A stretch of DNA of 64,000 nt from Paraspadella gotoi (taxonomy: Eukaryota; Animalia; Chaetognatha). Positions 32,836-62,078 of the stretch are shown here, one piece after another. Numbering within the stretch: the first letter of the stretch is position 1; each line of letters begins with the position of its first letter. The stretch spans positions 16,188,770-16,252,769 of the forward strand of contig CM119271.1 in NCBI GenBank assembly GCA_051294375.1, written 5' to 3'. The notes under the pieces are model-generated. The model saw nothing but the letters and a program-made list of their open reading frames with translations, had not been told where the DNA came from and ran no database searches. Both the position numbers and the translations under genes were made by a program.

Positions 32836-33275
32836 TAAAAGAAAAGACAAAAAACTAAAACGAAAGACAAAAACCTAAAACAAAAGACAAAAAACTAAAA
32901 CGAAAAACAAAAAACTAAAACGAAAGACAAAAACCTAAAACAAAAGACAAAAACTAAAACGAAAGAGAAAAAACTAAAACAAAAGACAAAAAACTAAAAC
33001 GAAAGAGAAAAAACTAAAACGAATGACAAAAAAATAAAACAAAGACAAAAAACTAAAACGAAAGACAAAAAACTAAAATGAAAGACGAAAAACTAAAATG
33101 AAAGACGAAAAACTAAAATGAAAGACAAAAAACTAAAATGAAAGACAAAAAACTAAAATGAAAGACAAAAAACTAAAATGAAAGACAAAAAACTAAAACA
33201 AAAGACAAAAAACTAAAACGAAAGACAAACAAAGAAACGACAAAAACCTAAAACAAAAGACAAAAAACTAAAACA
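32836..33275. repeat. 20-bp A-rich minisatellite (about 22 copies) downstream of the ATF6 stop
   Basis: Unit aaagacaaaaaactaaaacg/atg. Confidence 0.92.
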
Positions 33276-33940
33276 AGAAATTTAAAGGAAAGACATTTAA
33301 AGAAAAAAGACATTCCTAATTCCCACTGAAAAATAAAAGAGGTGAGTTTTTCTGAACGCATTTGTTGCTAGTCGCGTTTTTCAAGTTGATTTAACTTGTT
33401 TTCTCTTTTTTTTTTTTTTGCCAATTTTATTTTAATCCTCCGCGTTACGTAATTTGTCCAGATTTTGTACATCGTTTTTCATGTCATTTAATTATACCAT
33501 TTAGTCTTATCGCTTCATTAGTTTATCACTAGAGATCACGTTTAGTGTATTACGGAATACAGAATACAGATCTTCAATAGACGTACTTTACACAACTGTT
33601 AATACCTCTAATCGGGTTAATTGAATAATTCCATTAGTCATTATAATATTGCATTTAATAATTTTTTTTACAAAATTTTCCGACTAATTAATTCTACATT
33701 CTAATTTCAATTAAAATAAAATTCACAAAAAAATGAATTTTTCTTTTTATGCTTGGTTTTTTTTTAAATTGACTTCGCTCAGTTATTATTTAAAAATGTT
33801 TTGAGCTTCAGGTTCACCGAGTTAATCTACTTCTTGATCTCTAAATGAAGAAAATGTCCATCGGGGAAAAAAATTTATAAAATTGTCTGAATAAATTGAA
33901 ATTGTCTTTTTCTATGCAGCCTTAAAATTTTTTTTCAATT

Positions 33941-35294
33941 ATGAGAAATGGACTTGCGCGTTTGCGTCGCTTGGCAACCGAGATAGCCGAGGCTCGATTG
34001 AGGACTATAGCTGGTGGCAGCGACTCTGGCCGACAAGCTACCTGCCTCTCTGCCCGTCAACATGACCGACGATTCGCCCGAAATTCTGCCCGACAATCCC
34101 CTTGCGTCTCCGCCTTTTGCTTCATCCCGACGACGCCATGGAGCGGCACGAGTTCTTTGCTCACAAACTCTAATCTCGCGGCGCCGTCGCGATGGCGCCG
34201 TAGTGGTCTCCCCGTGCCGCTGGCTCCGCACTGGCGCGGAAATGGTCTCGTATCGCCGTCGTCGTCAGATGTGCGCCCCAGAGACAGCGTCCAAACAGCT
34301 ACGCCCACATCGACGCTTCGTTTCTCTTCGCGTCTTTTGGACTCAATCTATCGACCCGATGTTCTGCCCGGTTTGGCGCCCGACGCTCGACCGAGTTTGG
34401 CGCCCGACGCTCGACCCGGTTGGGCGCCCGCTTCTCCGCTCGTGTCTCCGCTCGTATCCGCAACTTCGCCCTTACTCGTCGGGGCTTCTCTTCCCGGCCT
34501 CGCCTACTCCGCCCGCCTTTTCTCCACCCCTTTGCCCGCCTCCTTCGCCCGTCGGTGTTTCCTAAGTTCGACGGCGTTGTCGGCGGACGAAGGCGATGCT
34601 GCCGAGAAGCGGCCGGGGATAGGCAAGAGGTTTAAGGGGAGTTCGGAATAGTTTAATATAAAACAGATAGTTTAAAAATATTATTTATAAGATTATTATT
34701 TCTTTATTTCGAATATAATATTTAATCTAATCAAATTTAATATTTTTATAATCATATAGAGATAAATTTATCCATTATCATACTAAAATAACAACATTTA
34801 AAACGATTCTCTGTTCCCCTTAGAATGCTTACAAGAATTACGGCAAAGTACTGATCGTGTTTCACTGCGTTACTTACTGTATGTGGTTCGCTACTGGTTT
34901 CACCATTTCCTGGACCGGCCTCGACGTTGTGCCAGTTTTGCAGTATTTGCACGATCATCTTGGTCTCTCCCAATCCGTGATCGATCATCTGAGTCACTCT
35001 GGCGCTGGTCACTTTGCCGTCGCTTTCATCCTTTGCAAAATCATCTCCCCAATTCGCTATTTGACCACCATCGTCGGCACCAAATACGCAGCTGATTTCC
35101 TGCGCCGCCGGGGCTGGATCGCGCCCATTCCCGCCGGAGATTCCATCGGAGATCTGGCCAAGGAGAGTTCCAACATCATTAAAACTCAAGTGTCCAGGAA
35201 AAGTAAAAAGATAAAGAAAGTCAATACATTTCGATATAAGAGGACTGTCTCTAAGGTCAAGTCTAAACTTAAGCCTAAGATGCCCAGGAAATGA
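33941..35294 (+). CDS. FAM210: FAM210 (DUF1279) mitochondrial protein. Exons 33941-34636 and 34824-35294
   Basis: KRFK|NAYKNYGKVLIVFH...GLDVVPVL...AGHFAVAFILCKIISPIRYLTTIVGT...FLRRRGWI; Arg/Ser-rich targeting-like N-terminus. Confidence 0.88.
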
Positions 35295-35959
35295 GTTACG
35301 GATTATGGGCGGGACTTTTTTCTTTCTGACCCTGCGCTTTATTCTCGCTTTCTTCTCTTAAATATTCTATCTTTTATCTCAAAAAATAATATTTTTTAAA
35401 AAATATTTAATTTTTTTCTCCCATTTTTGATGTCTGTTGGAAAATAATCGCGATGTATAATAATTACATTTAATTATTGAGCAGATAAAATTCGGTTTTT
35501 AATGAATATTTTTCTTCGACGAAACAAAAAAATTTAAAATTCCCAAACTTAAAATTTTTTTTGGAATAGGAAAATAAAAATATTGTTGATTAAGCGATCC
35601 TTTTCCGTCAAGCCCTTTAAACAATTATTACATTATGATTTATTTTTGGAATGTTTTTTTAATAAAAATAAAAAACAAACTGGATGAGATTTTTTATGGG
35701 CCAAAATAGAAGAATAAAGAGAGATTGTGAGAGAGAGGGAGTGCAGTGATAAGAGAAAAAAGAAGTGATAAAATGATCGGGTGAGAGAAAAAAAAACTGG
35801 GAGACAATCGAAAGTGATTGCGAATTTTATTCTTCGTTTTTTAGACATAAAAATAAAGAAATAAAAAACTCGTCGTTTCGACGGTTTCGTTTTTCTCGAT
35901 CGAGTTTCAACTCGATCCATGATGTAGCGGCGAATCAATAAGACTCGTTTTGACTCGAG

Positions 35960-38900
35960 ATGGAATCCCGAGCGAAGACGACGACGACGACGACGACGAA
36001 AGTCATATCTACATTCCAGGTAAAATGCTTTCTATAAAATCTCTTAATGAAATTAATAAAACCAGTACGAAAATTATAAACAAGCTATCTTGTCGCATGA
36101 CTTTGGACAGGCTATGGTGTGTTAAAGCCTCCTTACCTCTTACAAGATAACATAGCAGGACCCCTTTATGAAGAATCTTTCACGATCTGTTTGTTAGCTT
36201 TACTGATTCTCTGTTTCTTTCCGCAGCTCCACTGATGTATTTCTCATATAATCCCCAGCTCCACTGATGTATTTCCCCTTTATTCCCCAGCTCCACTGAT
36301 GCAGTTCCCCGTTCCCGGCGGGGTCGGGGATTCCCCATCTCGTCGACTCAAGTCCGACGCTTCGCCCGAACTCGATTCCAAGACGAAGAAAGTCGCAGAG
36401 AAATTCGGGGATGCGATGGAGGCCATTTCCAACGAGCCAACCTTGGCCATGTACAGGTGGAGCAAGAGGAGGGTCACTCATTTTTTATCGTCGCAATAGC
36501 AATCGCAATCGCTTTTGCGCATAAGTAGCGTAGTCGTCGTCGTCGGCGTTCTAAATTATAGATTATGGCAACGGAGGATAGCCTGTGATACCCGGGCGCG
36601 GGGTATCTCACCAATGGCGTAGGGCTGCGGACCCTCAGTGACCGCCTCCTGTCACTGGCATGTTTATACCGGCACCGTCACATTTAAGCCAGAACCGGGA
36701 TACCCAGGGATTGAACCCGGACGCATGGATGGAATGAGATGATTTAGCCTGCTCAGCCATTGAGATGAGGCTGAGGACGGACAGCAGTGAGGCAGCTTTA
36801 AGTCTTGCTGCCACAGGATCCCCCACCAGACTTCTCCACAGGGGCCTCAATCCTGAGGAGATGTCTGAGAGAAGGTTTTGATCTCATTGCCATAGTGAGA
36901 GCGAGCGGGCGAGCAGCGAGCGAGTCTGGAGCGTTACCAGAGAAGTAGGGCATAGGCGTGATATGCATACCCTAAGCGATGTAAGCAAGGGCGCACGGTG
37001 CGCAGCGGTTGCGTGTTCGAGAGTAGGGCTCACCACTTATGGCAACGGGAGGATAGCCTGTGATACTCGGGGCGCGGGGTATCTCACCAACTGGTGTAGG
37101 GGCTGCGGACCCTCAGTGACCGCCTCCTGTCACTGGCATGTTTATACTGGCACCGTCACATTTAAGCCAGAACCGGGATACCCAGGGATTGAACCCGGGA
37201 CGCACGGATTGAATGAGATGATTTAGCCTGCTCAGCCATTGAGACGAGGCTGAGGACGGACAGCAGTGAGGCAGCTTTAAGTCTTGCTGCCACAAGATCG
37301 CCTTTTTATGATTAAATTTATGTGTATGAAGCTGAAAATTTATATACAGCTTTTCATCATTGATGTCCTTAAAATTGGGTCAGGACAGTTATTAAATATG
37401 TTTTTGTTTACGTTTTATCAAAACAAACAAATTTCCTCTCTTTTATTTTCATATCTTTTTGTCTCTCTCTTTTCTCCTTTAATTATATGTAGCTCTCTTC
37501 TCTCTCTTTTCCCAGTGCTTATTCATCGGAAAAAAACGAGTCTGCAGCTGGCTCTGCAGGGCTCTTTCTTTTTCTATCTTTTCTCTTGCTGCTTCTGCTG
37601 CTGCCTTTTGAGTCTGCAGCTGGCTCTGCAGAGGCTCTTTCTTTTTCTCTTTTCTCCTGCTGCTTCTGCCTATTGATTTTTTTATTTCTCTCTCTCTCTG
37701 CGTTTTTATTAAAAAAAAGTGAATTAGGTAGGGTATTGCACAAAACTTTAGAAATACTAATTTTCTTCATTTTTTGGTTTTAACCTTATATTAAGCCTAA
37801 CGAAGTGTACTTTAATCGTTAATTCCAAGTTTGACTTTTAAATATTTGATTTACGCCAACTGATTTACGTCAATTTGGAGTAACGTTTCTGCCTCCTAAC
37901 TGCTGTCAAGGATATTCAACAAAATTTTTGAAAACGCTTTTTTCTAATTAAGTATACATTGTTGTATTGGATTCAGATTTGATTTCTTTTTTTTTACGTG
38001 TTTGTTGGCGCTGGTAGCGTAAAAACTACGCCAAAACGTATTATTTCCTAATTACATATGTGGCGTTAATGATTTTTCCAAAAAAAATCTTAAAATATAT
38101 AAGTTAAATAATTGTAAATGTTTATATTTAAATTTTGAAAAGAATTGTGGCGTAAAATGGCGTGAAATGAAGGTAAAACCGTTTAATATGATATCATGAT
38201 GTGGCGTAAAGACTTTCTGATTGTTTTCTAGTAAAAGCTATTCAGTTAAGTGGTTTTAAAGATTTATCTGGCCTCTTTTTATACAGATGTGGCGTAGAAT
38301 GGCGTAAAATGAACAAAAAAGCATATAAATATATTAAATTCCGTGGCGTAAAGACTTTTTGTTTATTTTATAGTAAAAACTACTCGGTTAAGTTGCTTTA
38401 AATATTTTTCCGACCTTTTTTTTAAATTGGTTTGGCATAGAATGGCGAAAAATGAACAGAAAACCATATTAATATCATTTAATTTTGTGGCGTAAAAACT
38501 TTTTTTCATTTTCCAAATAAAACTATTAAGTTAAGATGCTTTGGCGTAGAATGGCGTAAATTGACGTAAACTAAGCCACTTTATCCCCTTATCTCTTTCC
38601 CCTTCCTCCCTTTTCTTTTCTCTTTTATTTTTATACAATCTCCGATTCAAAGTCGATTATTTTTCGGTTTTAATTCTTTAAAATCAAAGAAAAAAACGAA
38701 TACCGAAAATAAATCTCAAAATCATAGATAAAAAGACAAAGATACTAAACATAAAACCCAGTGGACAATTTTAATAAAAATATCAGAAATTGTGGATCAA
38801 TAATGGGTCGTTTGGTTTATGTTTGAAATTTGTTAAAAATAAAGACTATAATAAATGATAATACCCATTATAATAATTACAAGTATCATATATATTAAGC

Positions 38901-40457
38901 AAATGAGGAATGGTTGTAAGCTGAAAAAAGGTATGATAAATCTTAAGATCATAATAAATATATTATATCAGTTTCATACATATTGATGATTCATAGGCCT
39001 TAATATACAGTAGGAAACAATATATAAAATGACTATCGCCCAGAAATGCTACTGGCGCATTTTTGCGCATCATTTTTGGGAATTATCAATGATAAATACC
39101 TGAGAGTAAATACATTTGCATCTCCTATAACCAGAGGTTTTGCGAGAAAGCCTAGTTTTTGCGCTACAACATAAAAAGAAATATTGCTTTCTGTACTATT
39201 CCAATTTTTCTTATTTGAAAGATTCTTTTTTCGGTTTTTAGTTGGAGTTACGCTTACGCTACGTATATTCAAAAAATAAAATTTTTCTTTTCAGTATTTT
39301 CATACAGTAAATATTTCAAAAAGCCTTGTTTTTTGGTATCAAATTCCCTATTATTTTTCGGCCGATAGAGAAATAAAAATTTCGTCGAATACTGCTAATC
39401 CCTAAATTAGGATTGAACTAGTAAAATTAGGCATCGCGTTCGTGCATCTTATCATTTTGCTATCGCAACATCGGGTTTTTATTTCGTCTTTTTTTTTCTC
39501 AGGGGCTTAGTCTGCTGATCAGTTTATTTTTTGACAATAATTTTTTTTTTCTTTTTTTCAGAAACGGTAACTGTAATTTTCCTTGGTACTTTATTATTTT
39601 TTTAAATTGACAATCGTAAAATAGAATTTTTTTTTCTAGTTAATAAAATATATTTTCTTTTCTTAAATTTTATTTTTTTAGTATCAAAATTTGTCGTCAA
39701 TCTAGATTTTTCTTATGCGATTGCGACGATCTTTATGCTTTTAGTATTTTTTAAAATTTATTATTTTTTTTTTATTTGTTTTTTATTCGGAAGTTTCGGT
39801 ATTAATTAGTTTCAATTAGAGGAAAATAAAACAAACATGTTTGGACTTTTTTTACTTAAAGATCTCTCTCTCTCTCTCTCCCCTCCACTATTGCAGAGTC
39901 CAAGAGCACGCCCGCAAGTCCCTCCCGGGTCTCACGTCCCGAGCGATCGAGACACGAAAGCAGCGGACGCGCGTAGAGGGAATGACGTTCGACGTTGACT
40001 CTGCAGCAGCCGCCGCGCGGACGATGCGGCGCAGCGACCTTCATTTCCAGAACATTCAGGATTTGTTGAAAAATAGCATGTTCATGCTGCAGCAAATCGA
40101 GTTCGAGGCTGGGAGGCGGAAAAAGCATGAAAACAATGAAAGGTGGGTTCCAACGGGCCGACCCTGGCCTGGGGTTAGGGGTGAATGAGTTGGTAAATTA
40201 CGCAACCTTTATGACTGAGACTTTATTGTGACCAATCAATCTTTTTCCTTCCCTTCCCTGCACTGCACTGCAGCATGTACTCCCAACCTCAGCTGCGCAT
40301 GTCGCGACCGTATTCCGTTAACGATCTTCCTGTCGGCGTCGGAGGCGGCGGCGTCGTCGCTCGCCAAGACCCGGCGTTGGACGACGCTGCTGCTGTGGAG
40401 GCGGCTGACGCCGCTGCTGTCTCTTCCGCGCCAAGGGATAGGAAGAGCGTCAATTGA
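35960..40457 (+). CDS. BORCS8: BLOC-1 related complex subunit 8 (BORCS8/MEF2BNB). Exons ~35960-36019, 36305-36456, 39897-40142, 40274-40457
   Basis: ELDSKTKKVAEKFGDAMEAISNEPTLAMYRVQEHARKSLP...HFQNIQDLLKNSMF. Confidence 0.88.
36564..37294 (-). mobile_element. TRIM (miniature LTR retrotransposon) with tRNA-like LTRs, Helenus-like
   Basis: Direct repeats 36564-36815 and 37038-37294; 222-bp internal region with PBS-like TGGTGAGCCC and G-rich PPT; 4-bp TSD AGAT; A box TGGCTGAGCAGG and B box GGTTCAATCC in each LTR. Confidence 0.88.
37729..39404. mobile_element. Non-autonomous hAT-like DNA transposon
   Basis: Ends TAGGGtattgca...tgctaatCCCTA, flanking duplication AATTAGG, absent from the paralogous site at ~10818-10830, internal ~120-bp repeats with TGGCGTAAA motifs. 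Confidence 0.75.
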
Positions 40458-41121
40458 TCGCGAGAATTCTAAGAGAAAAAAAATCTAGTCGGTTTTGAGG
40501 TTAAAACTTGGTTAAAATTAATGTAGTAATTCAATTTAATTATGTTAATTATGTATAATAAAAAATACGTGAATGGAAGTATACTTGACTAGCTTTCGCG
40601 GACTAACCGATATACGAAAAAACAAAATTTCTCTACAAATAAAAATGAACTGGATATGAATGTCGAATGCGCATATTTACTTTGAACCTTCTTCTCCTTA
40701 CGAAACTAGTCTTCATGATTCACATCTTCTATTTATTTAAATAAAAAACTTTCGTTATATTGCTTTTTATACTTATTAGAATGTAAGTTTCCGTCGAGCC
40801 AGAAAACTGATCATCTTAACAAAGAATAAAGTGCAGCGCGAAAGATCTAAAAGGAACTAGAAAATGTCTCCGCCGACGATGAAATTGAACGCGAGCCAAT
40901 CACCGTCCGCATTGACGCAAATCGATCATCAACCTCTTCAGCATGGGAACTTCTTAATTCACCCGTCGTCGTCGCTTTCGTCGCTTTGAATTAAAAAATA
41001 GACAAAAGATCTTTGGACTCGGAAGAATTCCGTCGCCGATCGAAAGAGAGACGATGATTGTTCGGTGAGCGGGAAAGGATAGAAAGCGGTCGAGAAAGAA
41101 GCGGTCAAGACAGAAGCGGTC

Positions 41122-43803
41122 ATGGCGAAAAAGACGCGGAGAGACAGAACTGAGGTGAGCGAAGCTGATCTTTCTTCAAACCGTAGGTTTTAATCAGTTG
41201 GCGCTTGTAAAACCTAACCTTAACCCTTACAAAAAGGTGAGCTGCTTGATCAAATACCTCGTGTTCGGTTTCAACGTTTTCTTCTGGTTCATCGGTATCG
41301 CCATCTGCGCTGCTGGGTTCTACGCTTGGATTGAAAAAGACACAATTTCTAATCTGTCCAAACTCTCCAAGATTCCCTTCGATCCCGCCCTCGTTCTCAT
41401 CGTTGTAGGCGGCGTCATGTTTATTCTGGGTAATAGGAATTGATAATACGTAAAAATTCTGGTTTTAATATTTGATAAATATTTAATTAACTTTCTCAGG
41501 TTTCACGGGCTGCGTGGGAGCGTTGAGAGAAAACACTTGTCTGCTTCTCTTTTTCACTGTCAATGTCGGACTCATTCTCTTTTTGGAATTATCTTTTGGT
41601 GTCCTTCTATTTATCTATAAGGTACGAGTAAATTTTAATCTTTTCTTCTCTCTCATTTAAAATCTTTTTTGAGCAAAAATCTCATTTACATATTGCAGTG
41701 TCCAATTATAATTAAATATTTTTTTTGTAGAAGCACAAATATCTTAAATATTTTTTTTATGTTGAGGTTTTCTTACGCAGAGCCGACAGAAACAACGCAA
41801 ATTCGCTCGTAGTTTTTCGTAAATGAATAAAATCTGCCTTAATTCTGTTTATTTATGGTTTAAAAATATCGCGATTTTGATCAATCCAATTTGAGCTGGT
41901 TATAATATAGATAAGCTTAGTCATTACCTTTAGTTCAGAGGACCTGACTTCGTGTGAAACGGTTGATGTGCTTCGGCTTCGTGCTTCCTATGTTGTGCGG
42001 CCAAAACTCGTTGGCAACCGACGTACGAAACTTGAGTTTGAATCCCGAAACTCGAGTCTGAAACCCCCAAACGCTCGGTTCGCTGGCGAGGGCCGCCGAC
42101 TGGCGACACGGCCTTGTCGCAGCCTCGGTCCGCTCCACGGGGTTCGAGAATGACGTCGCTCGCTCGTCCTCTGGTTAACCTTTTGTCAAAGAAAACTTTT
42201 CTATTTTATAATAGTAATGACTTAGTAATAACTTATAGTAATAACTTATAATAGTAATAACTTATCGGATTTAAATATGCTCAGTTGTTGCGAACTTACC
42301 AAAGAATACTCCTCAAGTTACGCTGTTATTGATACCGTTGTTGTTTTTGTTTTCAATTTTGTTAATATCGTTTTTGTTATTAATAAAAAAAACCAAAAAC
42401 GTCCGCTCCTATTAATTAATCCCGCATCTTGGCAGGACTGGGTGAAGGATCAAGCCAAAGCGCAATTCCAAACGATGATCGTCAACTACAGAGAAGATCC
42501 AGATTTGCAGAATTTGATCGATTGGGTTCAAGAAAAGTGGCTCAATTGCTGCGGGGTCCAGGGACCCATTGATTGGGAGGTCAGTCTCTTGCATCAAATG
42601 TAATCTTCCTTTATTTGTCTTAATTATATTTCGATTAAACTCTTTTTTTGAAAGATTTTAATTTCCTCCTAGGTTCATTTATATTTTTTGTTAAGCTTTT
42701 TACGATTTGTTTCATTTTAAACTTTGACCGAGGTTGCCCCGTTCCATTTCACACGATTATCAGATTCACCACCACGAGTTCATTTCCAGTATCCCCTAGA
42801 CATTCCCACGTTTTTTTGAAAATGCGCATAGGTACGAATATAATTAGTTTCTTCAATATTGTTAGTTTTTTCACAAAATTTATTTTTAAAAAAAAATTTT
42901 ATTTGACCGATTTCATTCCCTATTGTATTAGTTAAATCACCCTGAACTTTACTTAATAATTTTCCTTTCATTAAACACGAAATCAAGTTTTTTTTTTTTT
43001 TCGTTCATTCAATTTTGTTCAAATAACAAACAATGTCCTAAAAATTAATTGTCAAATCGTTAATCGCACGTGTTTAATGATAAAAATTGAATGATAAAAA
43101 CTTTTTTCATCCGAAGATAGTAAACCTTTTTTGGCTCTACTATTGCACGATAACATTTTCTTCATACTCTTACCACGCCCCGCCCCCGCCTCCTCATTTA
43201 CCCTCCCAGGCGAACATGTACTTCAACTGCTCGTCCAAGCAGCGCGGTTCGCGAGAAGCCTGCGGTGTCCCCTTCAGTTGCTGCAAACCCAAAGAGGGAG
43301 AGATCATCAAGAACAAACAGTGCGGCTACGATGTCCTCAGCAAAGATTACAAGGGGACGATGGGTCAAGTCATCTTCACTTCCGGTCAGAATTCCATTAC
43401 AATTTGGAATCTTTTGATTTGGCCTCCTTGGATTGCATAGTTAGATGGCATTTTTTACGAAAGTCATTTGATTGCATCATTCGATTGCCTAGTTTGATCG
43501 CATATTTTGATTGTATGATTTTATCCTTTGATTGAATACTTTGAATTCTTCCTTTGCTCGCATCATTTGATTGCATCCTTCAGGCTGCATCGACGCCGGA
43601 GAGAAGTGGCTCGAGCGCAACTTGATTCCCGTCGCCGGCGCCGCCGTCGGGGTCGCCCTCATGCAGGTCATTTTTCAAATTAGTTAATTTAAATATTTAG
43701 GTAAATCTTTTAAAAATAATTATTATCTTTCCAGATTTTGGGGATTTGTTTTGCGCAAAACCTGAGGAGCGACATTTTTGCTCAGATGGCGAAATGGAGA
43801 TAA
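41122..43803 (+). CDS. Tetraspanin of the TspanC8 group (Tspan5/14/17-like), 7 exons
   Basis: EVSCLIKYLVFGFN, GFTGCVGALRENTCLL, YREDPDLQNLIDWVQ, CCGVQGPIDW, REACGVPFSCC, ICFAQNLRSDIFAQ. Confidence 0.93.
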
Positions 43804-44769
43804 AAACTAATAAAATATTTATTAATGTCGATGGGTAACACATATTATTTTAAAACTCACTTTTTTAAAATCATGACTGATAACATTTAATTGACTACTA
43901 GTATTTAATAAGAATATTTCGGAATATGTGAATCTATTTTAACATTCGGTCTGCAAACGAACCAAAAGCGATTATTATTATTAATATAAAATGTCTTTAA
44001 CATTAAATACTACGAATTTTGCTTGTAAATTACTTATTAGGATTGTATTTTTTTTGCCACCTTCAGGTTGGTCATTCAAATACTTTTAAAAATATTTTTT
44101 TAAATCTGCTATCTGAATTTTCAAATGTGTCAAGATTTTAATTGATTACAAAGTAAATACAGTAAATACTATTTCCAGATGCTTGTGCTATAAAAGTTAC
44201 GAAATCGCAATTGTATTATACACGTTATTTATTTTTCGGCTCACATCAATTTCCTTTTCGTGTTATATTAAATTTGTCTTCAAACTGTTTTAAACGATTT
44301 AATTTCTTAAAATTAATTCGATTATGAACTCGGTGTAAAGATGAAATAGTTAATTTAATCGACAAATTAGTTAAATTTTTCCGTTTGATGTCGCGAATGT
44401 CCAAGTTTTTCACTCGAGCGGCCTTGGTTTTGTTTTTTTTAAAACAAAATGTAATCTGTATACATGTCACAGAACCTAACATAAGATGCTGTATTTGCAA
44501 TGTATTATGTATAACCTTGTAACGACGTCGTCGTCGTCGTCGAAGTCTTCTCGGATTAAAATGCTTTTTCCAAAAAAAAAATTGTTTTTATTTCCCAAAT
44601 AAAAGAAATAAGTCAGTTGTTACTTGATAGAGTTAGATCGTTGCTGCCTCAACAATGTGACTGGAAACTAGTGCAAAAATTTCGAAGACAATAAATCGAA
44701 ACATAATTTTCTTTCTTACCTTTTCTGCTCTCGAGAGTCAAAGGCAAATATTTTTGTTTCTATAATTAA

Positions 44770-54745
<9,976 letters not shown>

Positions 54746-55191
54746 CAGAAAATAAAATTCTTTAAAAATAATAATTAACTAAAAATCCGTAATAAATACA
54801 TAAAAAAAATTAAAAGAAAAAAGTTTAGAATAGAGTAAGTTTATCAACAGATTCTAAGATGTAATCTTTTCAGTTGAATTTTCAGATCTAAGACTTCAAA
54901 TAAAAAGGAAAAAAGCAAGAGCTTAGGGCAAGTAACGTTTTACATTGGGGGCCACGAAATTTATCAAGAATTAATGTTACGAAACAAATTAAGTAGATAA
55001 GCATAATAATGTTTTATAAAAGTAATTATAAAAGTTCAAAAATACTATACATAACCATAGAACTAAGTCTTCCTTTTTCAATTTGATAGTCGAATTAGAA
55101 TAACCATCTCACCTTTTGTTTCCGGAATCGACTTTCTTTTTTTAAATTCCGCAAGAGGCGCTGCGGTTTGTCGGAGAATGTGATTTCTCCG

Positions 55192-55214
55192 GTTGCCATG
55201 CGAATCTGTAAACA
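55192..55214. promoter_or_regulatory. Candidate RFX X-box plus forkhead (FoxJ1-type) site in the divergent TTLL3/IFT88 promoter
   Basis: GTTGCCATGCGAAT (perfect GTTGCCATG half of an X-box) followed closely by TGTAAACA. Confidence 0.6.
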
Positions 55215-55445
55215 AGAGAACGACCTCAACGAACTCATCTCTCGGATTTCTCCTTTACAAATTTGGATTTCAATTGCTCTAGATCAAAATAGTGTTATAT
55301 ATAAGTCTTAGCTAATTGTATAAAAATTTGGCGCTTTGTTTTATAACGCGTTACACTTTACTCCGTAATAGACATATTTTAATGAAGCTAAATTTCGATT
55401 GACGAATTAAATTAGTTAAATATTATACAATTATAGTCTCTATAA

Positions 55446-62078
<6,633 letters not shown>

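Larger units (their letters stand above)
36481..39750. mobile_element. Helentron/HINE-like repeat, copy 2, carrying two nested insertions, in BORCS8 intron 2
   Basis: Subterminal inverted sequences atcgtcgcaat...gcataag and cttatgcgattgcgacgat, T-run flanks, homology with 10321-11100. Confidence 0.7.

Noticed and set aside
32836-33275. Regular array resembling CRISPR
   Set aside because: Head-to-tail 20-mers with no unique spacers, in a eukaryotic context.
36690-36775. tRNA gene
   Set aside because: Only A/B boxes and a T-arm are present, with no full cloverleaf; it is part of an LTR.
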